The notes: a model not told the origin generated them from the sequence alone. A DNA stretch of 32,075 nucleotides from a virus (IMGVR_UViG_3300046786_000340:1-32075), one strand, 5' to 3'; shown: positions 1-8,531, counted from the first letter of the stretch. Made by a program: numbers and translations.

Positions 1-1692
1 GCGGACACTATTGGACTCGTATGTGAAACCATCGCAGCAAATCAGGAGGGGTTTATTATTACCGTTGGGCAGCTGCTCGATGTGAACACTACCGGTTCCT
101 TGCAAGGTGAAACATGGGCGGATGGTGATGTGCTTTACTTGTCACCAACTACGGCAGGGAATTTAACAAACATAAAGCCTAACGGATCAACCGGCCACAT
201 TGTTGTTATTGGTTACGTGGAATACGCGCACGCTATTCATGGGTCGATATATGTAAAAATTATGAACGGCTGGGAGCTTGACGAGCTGCATAACGTTTAT
301 ATAAGTTCTGTTGCAAATAATCAGGTGCTAACTTATGAAAGTGCTACAGACCTTTGGAAGAATAAATCAATCGCTACCGCACTTGGTTACACACCTGCCA
401 ACGATAGCCTTGTCATGCATTTAGCAGGAACAGAAACGGCAACAGGGGTTAAAACGTTTAGTATAGGGCTTGCAACTACGACAGGGGATAATTTCATGAA
501 TACCTCAAGCGGTAATAGCTATGTAGGTTATTCAGCTGTTGCGGCTTCTCCATTAAAGTTTAACGTTAAGGATGCAATTCGCGTTGAATATACAGCTAAT
601 AGATTTGTAGATATTAAAGTAAACCCTTCGCTAAGTGATTACGCTTATATACAAGCAAGTAATACCACTGGTTTTTCTATAGTATCAAGTGGTACATTAT
701 TTCTCCGTCCTAACGATGCTTCAAATACTATTTATTTTGGATCGTATTTAATTCAAAAGGATATTACAGCATCTGGTTTATATGGTTCAACAAGTGTTAC
801 AGGACGCGGTTTTGAAATGTCAACAAACGTTCCTTTTGTTGTAAAATCAAGCATTGATTCAGGTGGGGGCACAATTGGTGCATTTACATTTCATGGCACA
901 GATAGTGCTAATTTCTTGCATCGTGTGACTGGTTCAACAGCGGCTATCCATACAATTAAAACAACCGGCCAACTTCAACTACATAACTACACAACTACAA
1001 CATCCTTCACCGGCACTGTCGCAGGACTGTTAGGCTTCGACTCAAGTGGAAACATCATTACCACTTCAGCAAGCGGCGGAATCTCAGGAAGCGGCACAGC
1101 AGGGCAGGTGACCTATTGGAGCGGAACAAGTGCGGTTACGGGGAGTAGTAATTTATTTTGGGATAATACGAATAATAGGTTAGGAGTGAATACGACAACT
1201 CCGACCGCAGGGTTGCAAATTAATGGAGCTAATGATTTATTATTTTTAAATGGAGCAGGTGCAAGAACTACTTTAAAGTTAGGAGCTTTATCAAGTGGGT
1301 ATACTGAAGTAGTCGGTAATGGAACGAATTTTTACTTTACAACTACAACAAATACAAATATTAGTTTTGTTACAAATAACGTTGATAGATTTCGTTTATT
1401 TGGATCAACCGGAAATGTACTTATCCAAAATGGAGGCACATTCACCGATGCAGGTTATCGCCTCGACATCAACGGCACAGGTGCGACAGCTGGCGCGCTG
1501 AGGGTGACGGGGGGACTCAGTTTATTTCAAGGTGGTAAGATGACTATTGCAGCGTGTACAACATCATACGCATCGTTAAACATTCCAAGCGGTACAGCTC
1601 CGACAAGTCCTGCAAACGGAGATATGTGGTTTGATGGTACTAACATTTACATCCGCGTAGGCGGTTCTACTAAAACATTTACACTCATATAA
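1..1692 (+). CDS. Tail fibre / receptor-binding structural protein, 5'-truncated
   Basis: Frame is open from base 1 (ADTIGLVCETIAANQEGFII...) to TAA at 1690-1692. Gly/Thr/Ser-rich, with typical fibre segments (ELDELHNV, LFWDNTNNRLGVNT, PTSPANGDMWFDG). Confidence 0.75.
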   Translation, partial: ADTIGLVCETIAANQEGFIITVGQLLDVNTTGSLQGETWADGDVLYLSPTTAGNLTNIKPNGSTGHIVVIGYVEYAHAIHGSIYVKIMNGWELDELHNVYISSVANNQVLTYESATDLWKNKSIATALGYTPANDSLVMHLAGTETATGVKTFSIGLATTTGDNFMNTSSGNSYVGYSAVAASPLKFNVKDAIRVEYTANRFVDIKVNPSLSDYAYIQASNTTGFSIVSSGTLFLRPNDASNTIYFGSYLIQKDITASGLYGSTSVTGRGFEMSTNVPFVVKSSIDSGGGTIGAFTFHGTDSANFLHRVTGSTAAIHTIKTTGQLQLHNYTTTTSFTGTVAGLLGFDSSGNIITTSASGGISGSGTAGQVTYWSGTSAVTGSSNLFWDNTNNRLGVNTTTPTAGLQINGANDLLFLNGAGARTTLKLGALSSGYTEVVGNGTNFYFTTTTNTNISFVTNNVDRFRLFGSTGNVLIQNGGTFTDAGYRLDINGTGATAGALRVTGGLSLFQGGKMTIAACTTSYASLNIPSGTAPTSPANGDMWFDGTNIYIRVGGSTKTFTLI

Positions 1693-1693
1693 T

Positions 1694-2080
1694 ATGGTAA
1701 ACATCACACTTAAAGTCAAGTACTTTTATCTTATCGCAGCGGATTTGCAATACAATCCTGCTTTTTTCAGTCAGACAACAAATAACGCTATCAGCCTCGC
1801 TACAGGTGGTAAATTGGAAGATGATGATGCATCTATCGACATTGATGTTGCAATGTTCGTCAGTGTATTCCAAACTTTGTCACAGAAGCCTGAGGGACAG
1901 TACAATCGTTGTAACTCTGAGATGATGGCACAATTGGAACCTCAGATTCAAGCAGGGGTACAAAGTGGTAATCCTGAGTGGATATCCCTTGCAACTCAAG
2001 TAGAATCAATCCGTAATACTAACTGGGCTGTAGCCGATAATCAGATTGCAAGTGGAAAAACTTTTATCGATAGTATCTAA
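1694..2080 (+). CDS. Hypothetical protein following the tail fibre (possible fibre assembly protein)
   Basis: 128 aa ORF starting 1 nt after the fibre stop; function inferred from position only. Confidence 0.5.
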   Translation: MVNITLKVKYFYLIAADLQYNPAFFSQTTNNAISLATGGKLEDDDASIDIDVAMFVSVFQTLSQKPEGQYNRCNSEMMAQLEPQIQAGVQSGNPEWISLATQVESIRNTNWAVADNQIASGKTFIDSI

Positions 2081-2414
2081 CGTTGTACTGCTGATAGTAA
2101 CCATACTACTATCAGCGGTACTTTTTCCAATTGGTTTTATTTGGACGTTAATAGCTTCCAAACGTGTATACCTATACCTATACGTTATCGCTTACTCCAT
2201 CGACCAAATGGGCAATGTTGTTTGTGCTTATATGTTCAATAGGCTGATAGTCCGCGCGGAGGTATTCGGCAACCCAGACGAAACGATTTCATCCGTTATG
2301 TACCAAAATAAGCACAGACTAACGATGGCTGGTAAAGCGTTGTATTGGCTGATTGAAAAAATAGATACCGGGCATTTTGAAGAGGCGTTCAAAGATGAGA
2401 AAAAACAATGGTGA
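2046..2414 (+). CDS. Conserved phage membrane protein (SIDQxGN...GNPDETISS motif)
   Basis: N-terminal hydrophobic helices and a GNPDETISS motif recurrent in phage proteins near lysis genes; exact start uncertain (TTG 2046 or GTG 2052). Confidence 0.55.
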   Translation: MQVEKLLSIVSNVVLLIVTILLSAVLFPIGFIWTLIASKRVYLYLYVIAYSIDQMGNVVCAYMFNRLIVRAEVFGNPDETISSVMYQNKHRLTMAGKALYWLIEKIDTGHFEEAFKDEKKQW

Positions 2415-2479
2415 AAAAACGCTATTTTTAACGTGAAAACACGACCGAAAAACATATATTAAACATTAATTTTACAACC

Positions 2480-2866
2480 ATGAATTTGAAACTGCACGAA
2501 TTAGTTGGGTTACACTATGAACTAAACGGAATTAAAGACCACAGCAAGGGCTTGATTGCTCAGAAGATGAGCATGAAAATGAAGATATTTCTGCATCGGA
2601 TCAGCAAGATGACAGCTGAGGAAAACAAGACTTATGAAGAGCAACGGTTGGAGCTTTACAAAAAGTACGGAGAGGAGAAAGATAATAGCGTGGTACTTGA
2701 TCCAAAGAACATAGTAGCCTTTAACAAAGATCACGAAGACCTATTAATGGCTGAAAAGGAAGTGGATACGAAGCCATTTTGGGGAGAAGCTAACATCGTT
2801 GAGTTATTTGAGCAAATTGAAACGGATGAATATTATCCAATATTTATTAAACTAATAGGAATTTAA
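2480..2866 (+). CDS. Hypothetical helical protein (DUF1617-like)
   Basis: 128 aa, charged and helical, ...RLELYKKYGEE...; family resemblance from memory only. Confidence 0.45.
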   Translation: MNLKLHELVGLHYELNGIKDHSKGLIAQKMSMKMKIFLHRISKMTAEENKTYEEQRLELYKKYGEEKDNSVVLDPKNIVAFNKDHEDLLMAEKEVDTKPFWGEANIVELFEQIETDEYYPIFIKLIGI

Positions 2867-2869
2867 ACT

Positions 2870-3100
2870 ATGGAGCTGTCGCAAGTTATTTCGGTGCTGT
2901 CACTACTTGGTGGAATAGTTGCAGTTTGGGTGAACACTCAGACTAAACTTAAAGAGGTGGAAATTAAATTGATGAGCTTAGAGAAGCAGCTGGATAATAC
3001 TATTAACCAAGATAACAGGATTGAGGAAAAACTCGACACTATTTTTTCCAAGTTAGAGAAAATACAGATACAGCTCCAAAATAAACAAGACAGGCCATGA
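2870..3100 (+). CDS. Holin-like protein (one TM segment plus coiled coil)
   Basis: N-terminal TM segment (VISVLSLLGGIVAVWV) followed by heptad coiled coil; located in the lysis cluster. Confidence 0.5.
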   Translation: MELSQVISVLSLLGGIVAVWVNTQTKLKEVEIKLMSLEKQLDNTINQDNRIEEKLDTIFSKLEKIQIQLQNKQDRP

Positions 3101-3309
3101 AACAAATCATTACGGACATCAACGGCAGCTTATCGAGTAAGCGAGTGGTAATGTTTGTGCTGCTTTTCATGTTTATTGCTCACTGCATTACAAACCTGGT
3201 TACCGGTAAAGCACTAAGTCCAACGATATCCGACCAATTGTACTATATGCTTATTTGGGTAAGTGGTACCGTGTTTGGTGAGCAGGTTACAAACCTATTT
3301 AAAAAATGA
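3097..3309 (+). CDS. Putative holin (two TM segments)
   Basis: 70 aa, SSKRV followed by two hydrophobic segments and a basic C-terminus; ATGA overlap with the upstream gene. Confidence 0.55.
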   Translation: MKQIITDINGSLSSKRVVMFVLLFMFIAHCITNLVTGKALSPTISDQLYYMLIWVSGTVFGEQVTNLFKK

Positions 3310-3743
3310 GGTACTTATTTATTTTATTTCTTGCAAGCTGTACAACACAAAGCAAGGTAACTGCATGGCTCGAAAAACATCCAATAGAGGCCGCGACCTA
3401 TTGCTCAGATAAATTTCCGCCAATTATTACAATAGACACAATCACGACTACAGACACTGTAACAAACCTTGAGGCTATCATTTATACAGATAGCCTCTAT
3501 TTTTATACCAACGACACTATCTACAAAGTAATAAGAGACAAAATAAAGCCATGTGTCAACAAGACCATAACAATACAAACAACTGTAATAGATAGCGCAA
3601 AGGTGGTGGCACTAAGTGGCAAATTAGCTATTGTACAGAAAGATTTGAACGATGCGCTTAACAGTCGTAATAAATGGCGGAAGTGGTTTTTCATTATTAT
3701 ATTAATAGCTACAATTTTGATGATAATAAAAACAAAAATATGA
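3306..3743 (+). CDS. Putative unimolecular spanin (lipoprotein with C-terminal TM anchor)
   Basis: Lipobox LASC at residue 12, C-terminal TM segment WFFIIILIATILMII, lysis-cassette context. Confidence 0.6.
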   Translation: MRYLFILFLASCTTQSKVTAWLEKHPIEAATYCSDKFPPIITIDTITTTDTVTNLEAIIYTDSLYFYTNDTIYKVIRDKIKPCVNKTITIQTTVIDSAKVVALSGKLAIVQKDLNDALNSRNKWRKWFFIIILIATILMIIKTKI

Positions 3744-3943
3744 GATACAACGAATTCGCTGCTTTTTTAGCCGGTATAATATTGTGCGCAATTGGTGCAG
3801 TATTATTTGCGTGGAGCGATTACACACCTGACGGTGACTTTGGAAGGAAGTTGGAAGTGGCCGGTTATATCATGTTTATCCCAGGTGTACTAAGCCTTAT
3901 TTCCATGTTTGTATTCGGTAGAAAAACCAATAATAATGGGTAG
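3740..3943 (+). CDS. Small two-TM membrane protein
   Basis: ATG at 3740 overlaps the previous stop (ATGA); MRYNEFAAFLAGIILCAIGAVLF... with two hydrophobic helices. Confidence 0.55.
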   Translation: MRYNEFAAFLAGIILCAIGAVLFAWSDYTPDGDFGRKLEVAGYIMFIPGVLSLISMFVFGRKTNNNG

Positions 3944-4247
3944 TCTTATTTTGGTAATATTTGCGGCTATCTTCAGCGCCATCATGGATACGTTGGAGAA
4001 TGAGAATTTTTACAGCTCATGGTTCGGCAATCTAAATGAGCGATTCTGGTACAAGCGGACTTCGTGGAAGTATGCAAAGAAAATAGTAGGCTACAAAGTT
4101 GATGCATGGCACCTTGCAAAGTCCTGCATGATTGTTTGTCTATTGCTCGCCATTGTTTGCTTTCATGGTCACTGGGGATGGTTCATTGCTTACGGTGTAT
4201 TTTGGAATGTAACTTTTAATGTAGTGTATGGTTGGATTAATGAGTGA
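3936..4247 (+). CDS. Membrane protein, unknown function
   Basis: MGSLILVIFAAIFSAIMD...DAWHLAK; about three hydrophobic segments; overlaps neighbours. Confidence 0.55.
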   Translation: MGSLILVIFAAIFSAIMDTLENENFYSSWFGNLNERFWYKRTSWKYAKKIVGYKVDAWHLAKSCMIVCLLLAIVCFHGHWGWFIAYGVFWNVTFNVVYGWINE

Positions 4248-4734
4248 ACCAGGGCCTCGCCATTTGCTCAAGGCCATCGAGCTATTAGGTGTTAAGGAAG
4301 TCATAGGCCCTAAGCATAATCCTGTCATTATGGGATGGGCGCGCGAGTTGAACTTGACCCAATACAACGCGGATGAAATTCCTTGGTGTGGCTTGTTTAT
4401 GGCAGTAATCATGAAACGCGCGGATCGTATACCGGCTAAGAATCCACTATGGGCTCTTAGTTGGGCTGATTGGGGAGTACCGGTGGTTGAGCCGATGCTT
4501 GGCGATGTCCTAACTTTCAAGCGTGAAGGAGGCGGCCATGTCGGACTGTATGTGTATGAAACTGCCACTACATACGGAGTCCTTGGAGGAAATCAGGGTA
4601 ATGCGGTAAGCATTGTAGAGATAGCAAAAAACAGATTATATAAACCTAGAAGGCCAGCATACACCTTGCAGCCGTTGAACGTTCGAAAAATATTTAAGGA
4701 TAGTACTGGGTTAGTAAGTAAAAATGAAGCGTGA
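4240..4734 (+). CDS. Endolysin, TIGR02594-like NlpC/P60/CHAP-type cysteine peptidase
   Basis: DEIPWCGLF (catalytic Cys), GGGHVGLY (His) and VLGGNQGNAV motifs; last gene of the lysis cassette. Confidence 0.85.
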   Translation: MSEPGPRHLLKAIELLGVKEVIGPKHNPVIMGWARELNLTQYNADEIPWCGLFMAVIMKRADRIPAKNPLWALSWADWGVPVVEPMLGDVLTFKREGGGHVGLYVYETATTYGVLGGNQGNAVSIVEIAKNRLYKPRRPAYTLQPLNVRKIFKDSTGLVSKNEA

Positions 4735-4832
4735 AGGATTAAGCCGAAAAGGGCTGTAATTATTAGCTAACAATAGCAACCTATGGGAGCTGAAATTAGC
4801 TTGACTTAGCAGTTTTCTCATTTTCGGTCGTT

Positions 4833-4862
4833 CCCCTGGGATGTTTATCCTGGGGGTTTTTT
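4833..4862 (+). terminator. Intrinsic terminator ending the late/lysis transcript
   Basis: CCCCTGGGAT-GTTT-ATCCTGGGGG stem followed by TTTTTT. Confidence 0.85.
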
Positions 4863-4891
4863 ATGTCCATAAAAAAAAACTTTAAAATAAT

Positions 4892-4923
4892 TTTGATTAT
4901 TTAAATAAAGGTTTATATATTTG
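4892..4923 (+). promoter_or_regulatory. Bacteroidota sigma-70 type promoter (early promoter 1)
   Basis: TTTG (4892-4895) - 20 nt - TATATTTG (4916-4923) matches the -33/-7 consensus TTTG/TAnnTTTG. Confidence 0.75.
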
Positions 4924-4945
4924 TTTAACAAAACACCTATAACAC

Positions 4946-5149
4946 ATGACACACACACAAATCACTATCACACCAGCAGGACATGGCCACTACATCGTTA
5001 CATCTATGGCATGGGGCAAAGCTCACAGCGTTAAAACTAACGATATGGAGCTGATTGACCTTTACAAATCTAAATGCCGCGGATGGAAGACTGCTGAAAA
5101 ACAGCTTCGCGATAAAGTGCTATTCGATTACAAAACCAAACATAAATGA
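4946..5149 (+). CDS. Hypothetical early protein
   Basis: 67 aa ORF directly after the promoter; TATAACACATG start context. Confidence 0.65.
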   Translation: MTHTQITITPAGHGHYIVTSMAWGKAHSVKTNDMELIDLYKSKCRGWKTAEKQLRDKVLFDYKTKHK

Positions 5150-5385
5150 CAAAAAAATTTAAAGAAGAAACTCTTTTGAAAATTAGGCGTGAATTTTCAG
5201 AAAAAGAAAAGTATAATATTTTAATGCAGGACTATTTTAATATGATTAAAATTATAGAATCATATAAATTGATGGAACAAAAATTTATAGCATATAAAGA
5301 ACAACATAGGCAATTGGCAGAAAAGCACAGTAAATTAAAAAATAGTATTAAAAATTTAAACACTAAACGTTATCAAATACAATAA
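5146..5385 (+). CDS. Hypothetical coiled-coil protein
   Basis: 79 aa, AT-rich, ATGA overlap. Confidence 0.55.
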   Translation: MTKKFKEETLLKIRREFSEKEKYNILMQDYFNMIKIIESYKLMEQKFIAYKEQHRQLAEKHSKLKNSIKNLNTKRYQIQ

Positions 5386-5529
5386 ATGACCAAAGCAAAA
5401 CCAGGGCGTAAAAAATCTCCCTACAAAATGAAAGTTGTTTCATTCTACATTAGAAAAGAGTGGGAAAAAGAAGTACGTGAACTAATTAAAAAATTCAAAG
5501 ATGACAGAACTGCTAAAGAAAGTAATTAA
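5386..5529 (+). CDS. Small putative DNA-binding protein (ribbon-helix-helix-like), not in the ORF track
   Basis: 47 aa MTKAKPGRKKSPYKMKVVSFYIRKEWEKEVRELIKKFKDDRTAKESN: basic GRK arm, alternating beta strand (KVVSFYI), then a helix. Fills the gap between neighbours. Confidence 0.55.
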   Translation: MTKAKPGRKKSPYKMKVVSFYIRKEWEKEVRELIKKFKDDRTAKESN

Positions 5530-5935
5530 CGACCTGCAAGACCGTGAAGCGCGCGGAATTGAAAAGTACGGTACTACTATGGATAGAACCGACCTTAAAC
5601 AAAAAGACTGGCAGCAGCACTTGTATGAGGAGCTGTTAGATGCGGCATTGTATTGCAAAAAAATGCAAGAGCCATCTATTGCCGTGAAGGCTTGCGAAGA
5701 ATTCGGGTCTAAGCCTCAAATTATCAAAGCCATCGAAGAAATGGCGGAACTAAGCAAAGAGCTTGCAAAGGAGTTAAATGATAACGGCAACGAAGATAAC
5801 ATTCGTGAAGAAATAGCGGACGTGCTAATCATGATGGAACAGATGGTTTTCCTGTTCGATGTCAAAAATGAGATAGCCAAGTGGCGCGAAAACAAACTGT
5901 TTAAACTTGCAAAACTCATCGAAGATGCTAAATGA
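5501..5935 (+). CDS. MazG-like (all-alpha NTP pyrophosphohydrolase) protein with two tandem modules
   Basis: N-half GIEKYG...HLYEELLDAALY; C-half KAIEEMAEL...IREEIADV (EExxE/EExxD metal motifs). Confidence 0.75.
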   Translation: MTELLKKVINDLQDREARGIEKYGTTMDRTDLKQKDWQQHLYEELLDAALYCKKMQEPSIAVKACEEFGSKPQIIKAIEEMAELSKELAKELNDNGNEDNIREEIADVLIMMEQMVFLFDVKNEIAKWRENKLFKLAKLIEDAK

Positions 5936-6338
5936 ATTTGTACCATACGAAATAGCATTAGAACTTATAGAGTTGGGTTTTGATGAATCATGTCTTGCAT
6001 TTTATAATGGTAAATTTTTAGAACCAATAAACTATGATTTTGATGATTGCTTAAAAAAAGATATTGGTAGATGCTATGTAGCACCACTATACCAACAAGC
6101 CTTCAAATTTTTAAGAGAAAAGTTAAATATGTTTTTAGTTATTGACCGCCATTACAAAGATGGAAAATATAAATATATTTATTACATCTACGACGGGACT
6201 ACCAAAGTGCATAGTTGCAAGTATGATACTTTTGATAAGGCTCAATATCATTGCCTACATCATGCAATAAATAATTATAAGGATTACGAAGAACATAAAA
6301 GAATTAATAAAATAAACATCCAAGATGCTGAAAATTAG
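5925..6338 (+). CDS. Conserved Bacteroidota-phage hypothetical protein
   Basis: MLNEFVPYEIALELIELGFDE...APLYQQAFKFLREK motif family; start placed at ATG 5925. Confidence 0.6.
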   Translation: MLNEFVPYEIALELIELGFDESCLAFYNGKFLEPINYDFDDCLKKDIGRCYVAPLYQQAFKFLREKLNMFLVIDRHYKDGKYKYIYYIYDGTTKVHSCKYDTFDKAQYHCLHHAINNYKDYEEHKRINKINIQDAEN

Positions 6339-6420
6339 CTTTATCCTATCACTGTGCGCCTTCGTTGGCGTGCTGGTACTTGCTAAAATAGTCGATAACG
6401 AAATAAAACGATTGAAATGA
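6325..6420 (+). CDS. Tiny membrane peptide (31 aa), not in the ORF track
   Basis: MLKISFILSLCAFVGVLVLAKIVDNEIKRLK; stop overlaps the next ATG (ATGA). Confidence 0.45.
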   Translation: MLKISFILSLCAFVGVLVLAKIVDNEIKRLK

Positions 6421-6716
6421 AAACCTGTATTCGCTGCAATAAAATAAAGGACTACGAACGCTACCAAGTGGCTCCACAAAATAAAGATGGTTATTCATCG
6501 ACTTGCTACGATTGTGTGGCACATGAGCGAAATAGCCGAAAATATAACGGAGCTACCAAGGTTTGTGTAGTGTGCAAGATAGACCGCTCGCTGGCAAGTT
6601 ACTACGGCAAAAGCGAAAACAAGCGCGATATCTGTATAACGTGCAGCAATAAGGCCATCCAGGATAAGCGCGATAGTTCTATTTTTTTTGAACATGATCC
6701 ATATTACAAATTCTAA
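6417..6716 (+). CDS. Cys-rich zinc-finger protein
   Basis: Four CxxC pairs (CIRC, CYDC, CVVC, CITC) forming two repeats. Confidence 0.65.
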   Translation: MKTCIRCNKIKDYERYQVAPQNKDGYSSTCYDCVAHERNSRKYNGATKVCVVCKIDRSLASYYGKSENKRDICITCSNKAIQDKRDSSIFFEHDPYYKF

Positions 6717-6718
6717 GC

Positions 6719-7456
6719 ATGAATATTATTAATTTCAGCGGAGGCCGTACAAGCGCTTATATGACCAAGCGATTGATTGATGAAGGATTAACTAATTACA
6801 TCGTTTGCTTCCAAAATACAGGCAAGGAGATGCCTCAGACCTTGGATTTCATTAATGAATGTGACAAGCGATGGAATTTAAATATTGTATGGCTGGAATA
6901 TCGTAAGCCCAATAGTTTTGAAATAGTTAATTACGAAACAGCTTCGAGAGATGGAAGGCCGTTCGCTGAGTTAATAGAACATAAAAAAGGAGCTTTACCA
7001 AATGTAATGATGCGCTTTTGTACAATAGAGCTAAAAATTAAAACACTGCACAGATATTTAAAAAGTATTGGAGTAGTTGATTATGACATCTACAACGGAA
7101 TAAGATACGATGAACCTAAACGATGGAGTAAAGATAGACGTGAAAACATTTATTTACCTCTTGTCGGATGGAAAGTAAAAAAGTCTGATGTGCTTAATTT
7201 TTGGAGTCAACAAGACTTTGACCTGCAAATAAATGAACCGTTTGGAAACTGCGATGGTTGTTTTTTGAAGGGCAAAGGTAAGTTGATACAGATTGAAAAA
7301 AAACTTCCAGGTACATTAAACTGGTGGGCTGATTTGGAAGAAAGAGCAACATTTAAGAAGGAAATAAGCTATAAACAACTAATTAATAACGCAAAACAAG
7401 ATTTACAATTATTCGATGAAGACCCATCTTTCGAATGCTTTTGTAATATTGATTAA
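6719..7456 (+). CDS. PAPS-reductase-like PP-loop protein (phage type, probable Fe-S cluster)
   Basis: NFSGGRTS PP-loop, NTGKE, RFCTIELK, GIRYDE, GNCDGCFLK and C-terminal CFC. Confidence 0.8.
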   Translation: MNIINFSGGRTSAYMTKRLIDEGLTNYIVCFQNTGKEMPQTLDFINECDKRWNLNIVWLEYRKPNSFEIVNYETASRDGRPFAELIEHKKGALPNVMMRFCTIELKIKTLHRYLKSIGVVDYDIYNGIRYDEPKRWSKDRRENIYLPLVGWKVKKSDVLNFWSQQDFDLQINEPFGNCDGCFLKGKGKLIQIEKKLPGTLNWWADLEERATFKKEISYKQLINNAKQDLQLFDEDPSFECFCNID

Positions 7457-7457
7457 C

Positions 7458-7796
7458 ATGAACAGTACTTCACTCGTTGCCTTCCTGCACAACGTAAAAA
7501 AAGCCAAGGAATTTGCGGAGGACTTCAATCGGGCATTGAAGAAACCTATTTTGAAGAACTACATCAACCGGCTTGATTATATCTTGAACGACTTCAAAAG
7601 CTCTATATTATTCCCAGACGATGTGCGCAATGCCGTCCGGGATGAGATTGAAAGTGATGTGCTGGTAGTGGATGCGATTGTTGACCGGATAAGGCTATTG
7701 AATCCACCACAGCGTGAAGTGATTGAGATGATTATGGACAAGATAATAGCAGGGGAGGAAATATTATTTGTGGATAGTGAACAGGTAAGCTCATGA
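7458..7796 (+). CDS. Hypothetical protein
   Basis: Helical ~112 aa protein from ATG 7458, between the PAPS-reductase-like and GNAT genes. Confidence 0.6.
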   Translation: MNSTSLVAFLHNVKKAKEFAEDFNRALKKPILKNYINRLDYILNDFKSSILFPDDVRNAVRDEIESDVLVVDAIVDRIRLLNPPQREVIEMIMDKIIAGEEILFVDSEQVSS

Positions 7797-8353
7797 ATTT
7801 AGGCATATTTGATTGTTCGACAGGTATTATAAACATATTGTATAATGATGCAATAAAGAATATTTCTGTAAGGACAAGTACAATAAAGGATATTTTATTG
7901 ATTGATAAATTGCAAAAAGAAAATAGCTATGCTGTTGGCTTTATTCAAAAAACAATCTGGGATAAATATGTTTTTGGAGGTGAGCGTAATTTTGTTGTAT
8001 TAATATGTGAAGCAAATAATGATGCTGTAGGATACGTTTTAATTACACCAGGTAAAGGCCCATTGACATATGGAAAGATTCAACAGATAGCAGTTAGGAA
8101 CGATGCAAGAAGGTTGTATTATGGCACAGCTTTATTAGACGTTTGTAAACAATTTTGTGAAAAGTTCAATCGGAGAGGATTTACTTTAAGGTGCAGAACT
8201 GATTTAGAATCCAATAAATTTTGGAAATCACTTGGGTTCGAAAATTATGCTACATGGGAAAAGGGTAAAATTAATCATGTAGGATTCAAAGCATCGAATG
8301 ACATAAACTTATGGAAGATTGAACTAAATAAAAATATTTTGACTTTATTCTAA
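7793..8353 (+). CDS. GNAT-family acetyltransferase
   Basis: Motif A IQQIAVRNDARRLYYGTALL and motif B SNKFWKSLGF. Confidence 0.8.
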   Translation: MNLGIFDCSTGIINILYNDAIKNISVRTSTIKDILLIDKLQKENSYAVGFIQKTIWDKYVFGGERNFVVLICEANNDAVGYVLITPGKGPLTYGKIQQIAVRNDARRLYYGTALLDVCKQFCEKFNRRGFTLRCRTDLESNKFWKSLGFENYATWEKGKINHVGFKASNDINLWKIELNKNILTLF

Positions 8354-8358
8354 TATTA

Positions 8359-8390
8359 TTTGGCTAATTAAATAAACCTTTATAAATTTA
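8359..8390 (+). promoter_or_regulatory. Promoter 2, paralogous to promoter 1
   Basis: TTTG (8359-8362) - 20 nt - TAAATTTA (8383-8390); spacer TTAAATAAA..TTTATA shared with 4892-4923. Confidence 0.6.
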
Positions 8391-8408
8391 CAATCTAAAC
8401 TATAACAC

Positions 8409-8531
8409 ATGAAAAAAAACGAAAACATCCAGTGGAAATTCGAGGTAGAACCCGAATACAATCCAACACGCAGAGACATCGCTTTACTCATAGCAGCAGC
8501 TTTGCTGGTAATTATTGGTTTATGCATTTAA
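8409..8531 (+). CDS. Small C-terminally anchored membrane peptide (40 aa), not in the ORF track
   Basis: MKKNENIQWKFEVEPEYNPTRRDIALLIAAALLVIIGLCI; same TATAACACATG start context as 4946. Confidence 0.6.
   Translation: MKKNENIQWKFEVEPEYNPTRRDIALLIAAALLVIIGLCI

Noticed and set aside
4741-4802. Small hairpins between endolysin and terminator (AGCC/GGCT, GAGCTGA/TTAGCTT)
   Set aside because: Stems are too short to distinguish from chance.
4878-4894. Resemblance of AACTTTAAAATAATTT to a Cas12a repeat
   Set aside because: Single AT-rich copy without the TCTAC/GTAGA stem; it is part of the promoter upstream region.
6719-7456. Auxiliary metabolic cysH for sulfate assimilation
   Set aside because: No other cys genes are present and the motif set fits the phage PP-loop subgroup, so no gene symbol was given.
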